Shown: in pieces, positions 62,835 through 64,000 of the stretch
How the letters are laid out: each line of letters starts with the position of its first letter
How positions within the stretch are numbered: position 1 is the first letter of the stretch
Assembly (NCBI GenBank): GCA_903995005.1
Contig: CAJEZV010000001.1
Location: 11,309-75,308 of the forward strand
DNA length: 64,000 bases
Source: an uncultured beta proteobacterium
Lineage (GTDB): Bacteria > Pseudomonadota > Gammaproteobacteria > Burkholderiales > Burkholderiaceae
Reading direction: 5' to 3'
Notes under the pieces: generated by a model
Database searches by the model: none
What the model was told of the DNA's origin: nothing
Seen by the model: the letters and a program-made list of their open reading frames with translations, nothing else
Program-made: the position numbers and the translations under genes

Positions 62835-63323
62835 ATGACTTCTTTGCCGCCACCTTCTTTTGAGTCCAAAGTTTGTCCCTTGGATCAACTAAGCGCCCGT
62901 ATAGCAAAACTTCCTAGGCCACTAGTTTTTACTAACGGGGTATTTGATATTTTGCATCGTGGGCATGCTAGTTATTTAGCGCAGGCTCGTGCCTTAGGGG
63001 CTAGCTTAGTGGTGGGCCTTAATTCAGATGCTTCGGTCAAGATGTTAGGCAAGGGTGATGATCGGCCAATTAATTCTGAAGCAGATCGTCAAGCTTTGTT
63101 GGCAGCACTGGAGAGTGTAGATATGGCTATACTCTTTACAGAGCAAACGCCAGTGAACCTAATTGAAAAGATTCGTCCAGATATTTACGTCAAGGGCGGC
63201 GATTATGAAATTGATACTCTTACAGAAACCCATTTAGTAAAAACCTGGGGCGGCACAGCAATTGCCATTCCATTTCTATATGATCGTTCTACTACTAGCC
63301 TGTTAGGCAGAATCCGTTCTTAA
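62835..63323 (+). CDS. rfaE2: D-glycero-beta-D-manno-heptose 1-phosphate adenylyltransferase (RfaE domain II)
   Basis: FTNGVFDILHRGH, GLNSDASV, KGGDY, STT. Confidence 0.9.
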   Translation: MTSLPPPSFESKVCPLDQLSARIAKLPRPLVFTNGVFDILHRGHASYLAQARALGASLVVGLNSDASVKMLGKGDDRPINSEADRQALLAALESVDMAILFTEQTPVNLIEKIRPDIYVKGGDYEIDTLTETHLVKTWGGTAIAIPFLYDRSTTSLLGRIRS

Positions 63324-64000
63324 AGATTCTGTAGTAGCCAAGCCCAAACACCACGTAGAACCAAACCTTCGGTTGCCTCAATTGATAATGAGGATTGCGT
63401 TTTAGATTTACTCATTTCGGCTGCCAAAATCTTGGCATTACCACCATCAATCCAAACTTTTTCAACGGGATGATTCACTTCTTTTGCTAATTGAATTGCG
63501 TATTGAATTGCGCCGAGTTGAGCTGAATCGCATCCGCCAATGATGGCATTGTTAGTAGATAAACCAAAACCATTAGTAGATTCATTACGCACTGCAAGTG
63601 GCAACTGAGCGGTATTACTTTCTAAACTTTTTTGCATTAACTCAAGACCTGGCAATATCCATCCACCATAGTGAACTCCATTGGCGCCAAGCAAATCAAT
63701 CGTTGTAGCTGTACCAGCATTAATAATGAGGGTGTTGGCATTAGACAGGGCGCGTGCGCCGAGGATAGCAGCCCAGCGGTCCGACCCCAGCTGGCTTGGG
63801 TCTTGATAGAGGCTGCGCACACCAGAGAAGAGACTATTACCTACAAGTTGTTTCCAGGTGATATCACTCCATTGTGGAAATAGCGATTGAAGATTTTGAA
63901 TGGCCTCTTTTCCAGCTACACAAGTAAACCCAATTGCATCTGGTTTAGGCAAGGTCTTAGCAATGTAATCCGCTAACTCTGCTCTATGTTCAGGTGAAGC
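63320..64000 (-). CDS. coaX: Type III pantothenate kinase (5' end outside window)
   Basis: LGSDRW, AGTATT.D, GGWILPG, GGNA, LVL.G; frame is open to 64000. Confidence 0.9.
   Translation of the reverse strand, partial: ASPEHRAELADYIAKTLPKPDAIGFTCVAGKEAIQNLQSLFPQWSDITWKQLVGNSLFSGVRSLYQDPSQLGSDRWAAILGARALSNANTLIINAGTATTIDLLGANGVHYGGWILPGLELMQKSLESNTAQLPLAVRNESTNGFGLSTNNAIIGGCDSAQLGAIQYAIQLAKEVNHPVEKVWIDGGNAKILAAEMSKSKTQSSLSIEATEGLVLRGVWAWLLQNL

Overview
Gene-dense, roughly 45% GC core-genome segment of a betaproteobacterium (Burkholderiaceae). Gene content, very short spacers and protein sequences point to Polynucleobacter, though that assignment is an inference. About 60 intact CDSs are present: mreBCD-mrdA-rodA, gatCAB, DUF484-xerC-COG0523-dksA-argB-slmA-metXW-ampG, xth/pyrE, dapF, three LpxL-family acyltransferases plus lpxO, metK-ahcY-metF, slt-cca, folM-like/folB/ttcA/glmUS, an RND efflux operon, GST/flavin reductase/acuI/MBL, phaM, split metH, argS-SPOR-dsbA, a five-gene lipid-modification operon, rfaE2 and partial coaX. 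Two CDSs missing from the ORF track were read directly: a partial metallophosphoesterase at 1-185 and a 58-aa DUF1289 protein. Two riboswitches are visible (SAM-II before metK, SAH before ahcY). I saw no tRNA, rRNA, CRISPR array, IS element, prophage or clear pseudogene. Main leads: (1) a translationally coupled gpx / FAD-oxidoreductase / DUF1365 / cfa-like / SDR operon resembling the furan-fatty-acid (ufaD-ufaO-ufaM) pathway; (2) a recurring TANNNT-N6-8-start-codon signature suggesting widespread leaderless transcription; (3) a one-cysteine, Zn-independent DksA beside a COG0523 chaperone; (4) a probable ~9.5 kb inversion separating dapF from DUF484-xerC; (5) a perfect 14-bp inverted repeat abutting the SAH riboswitch.
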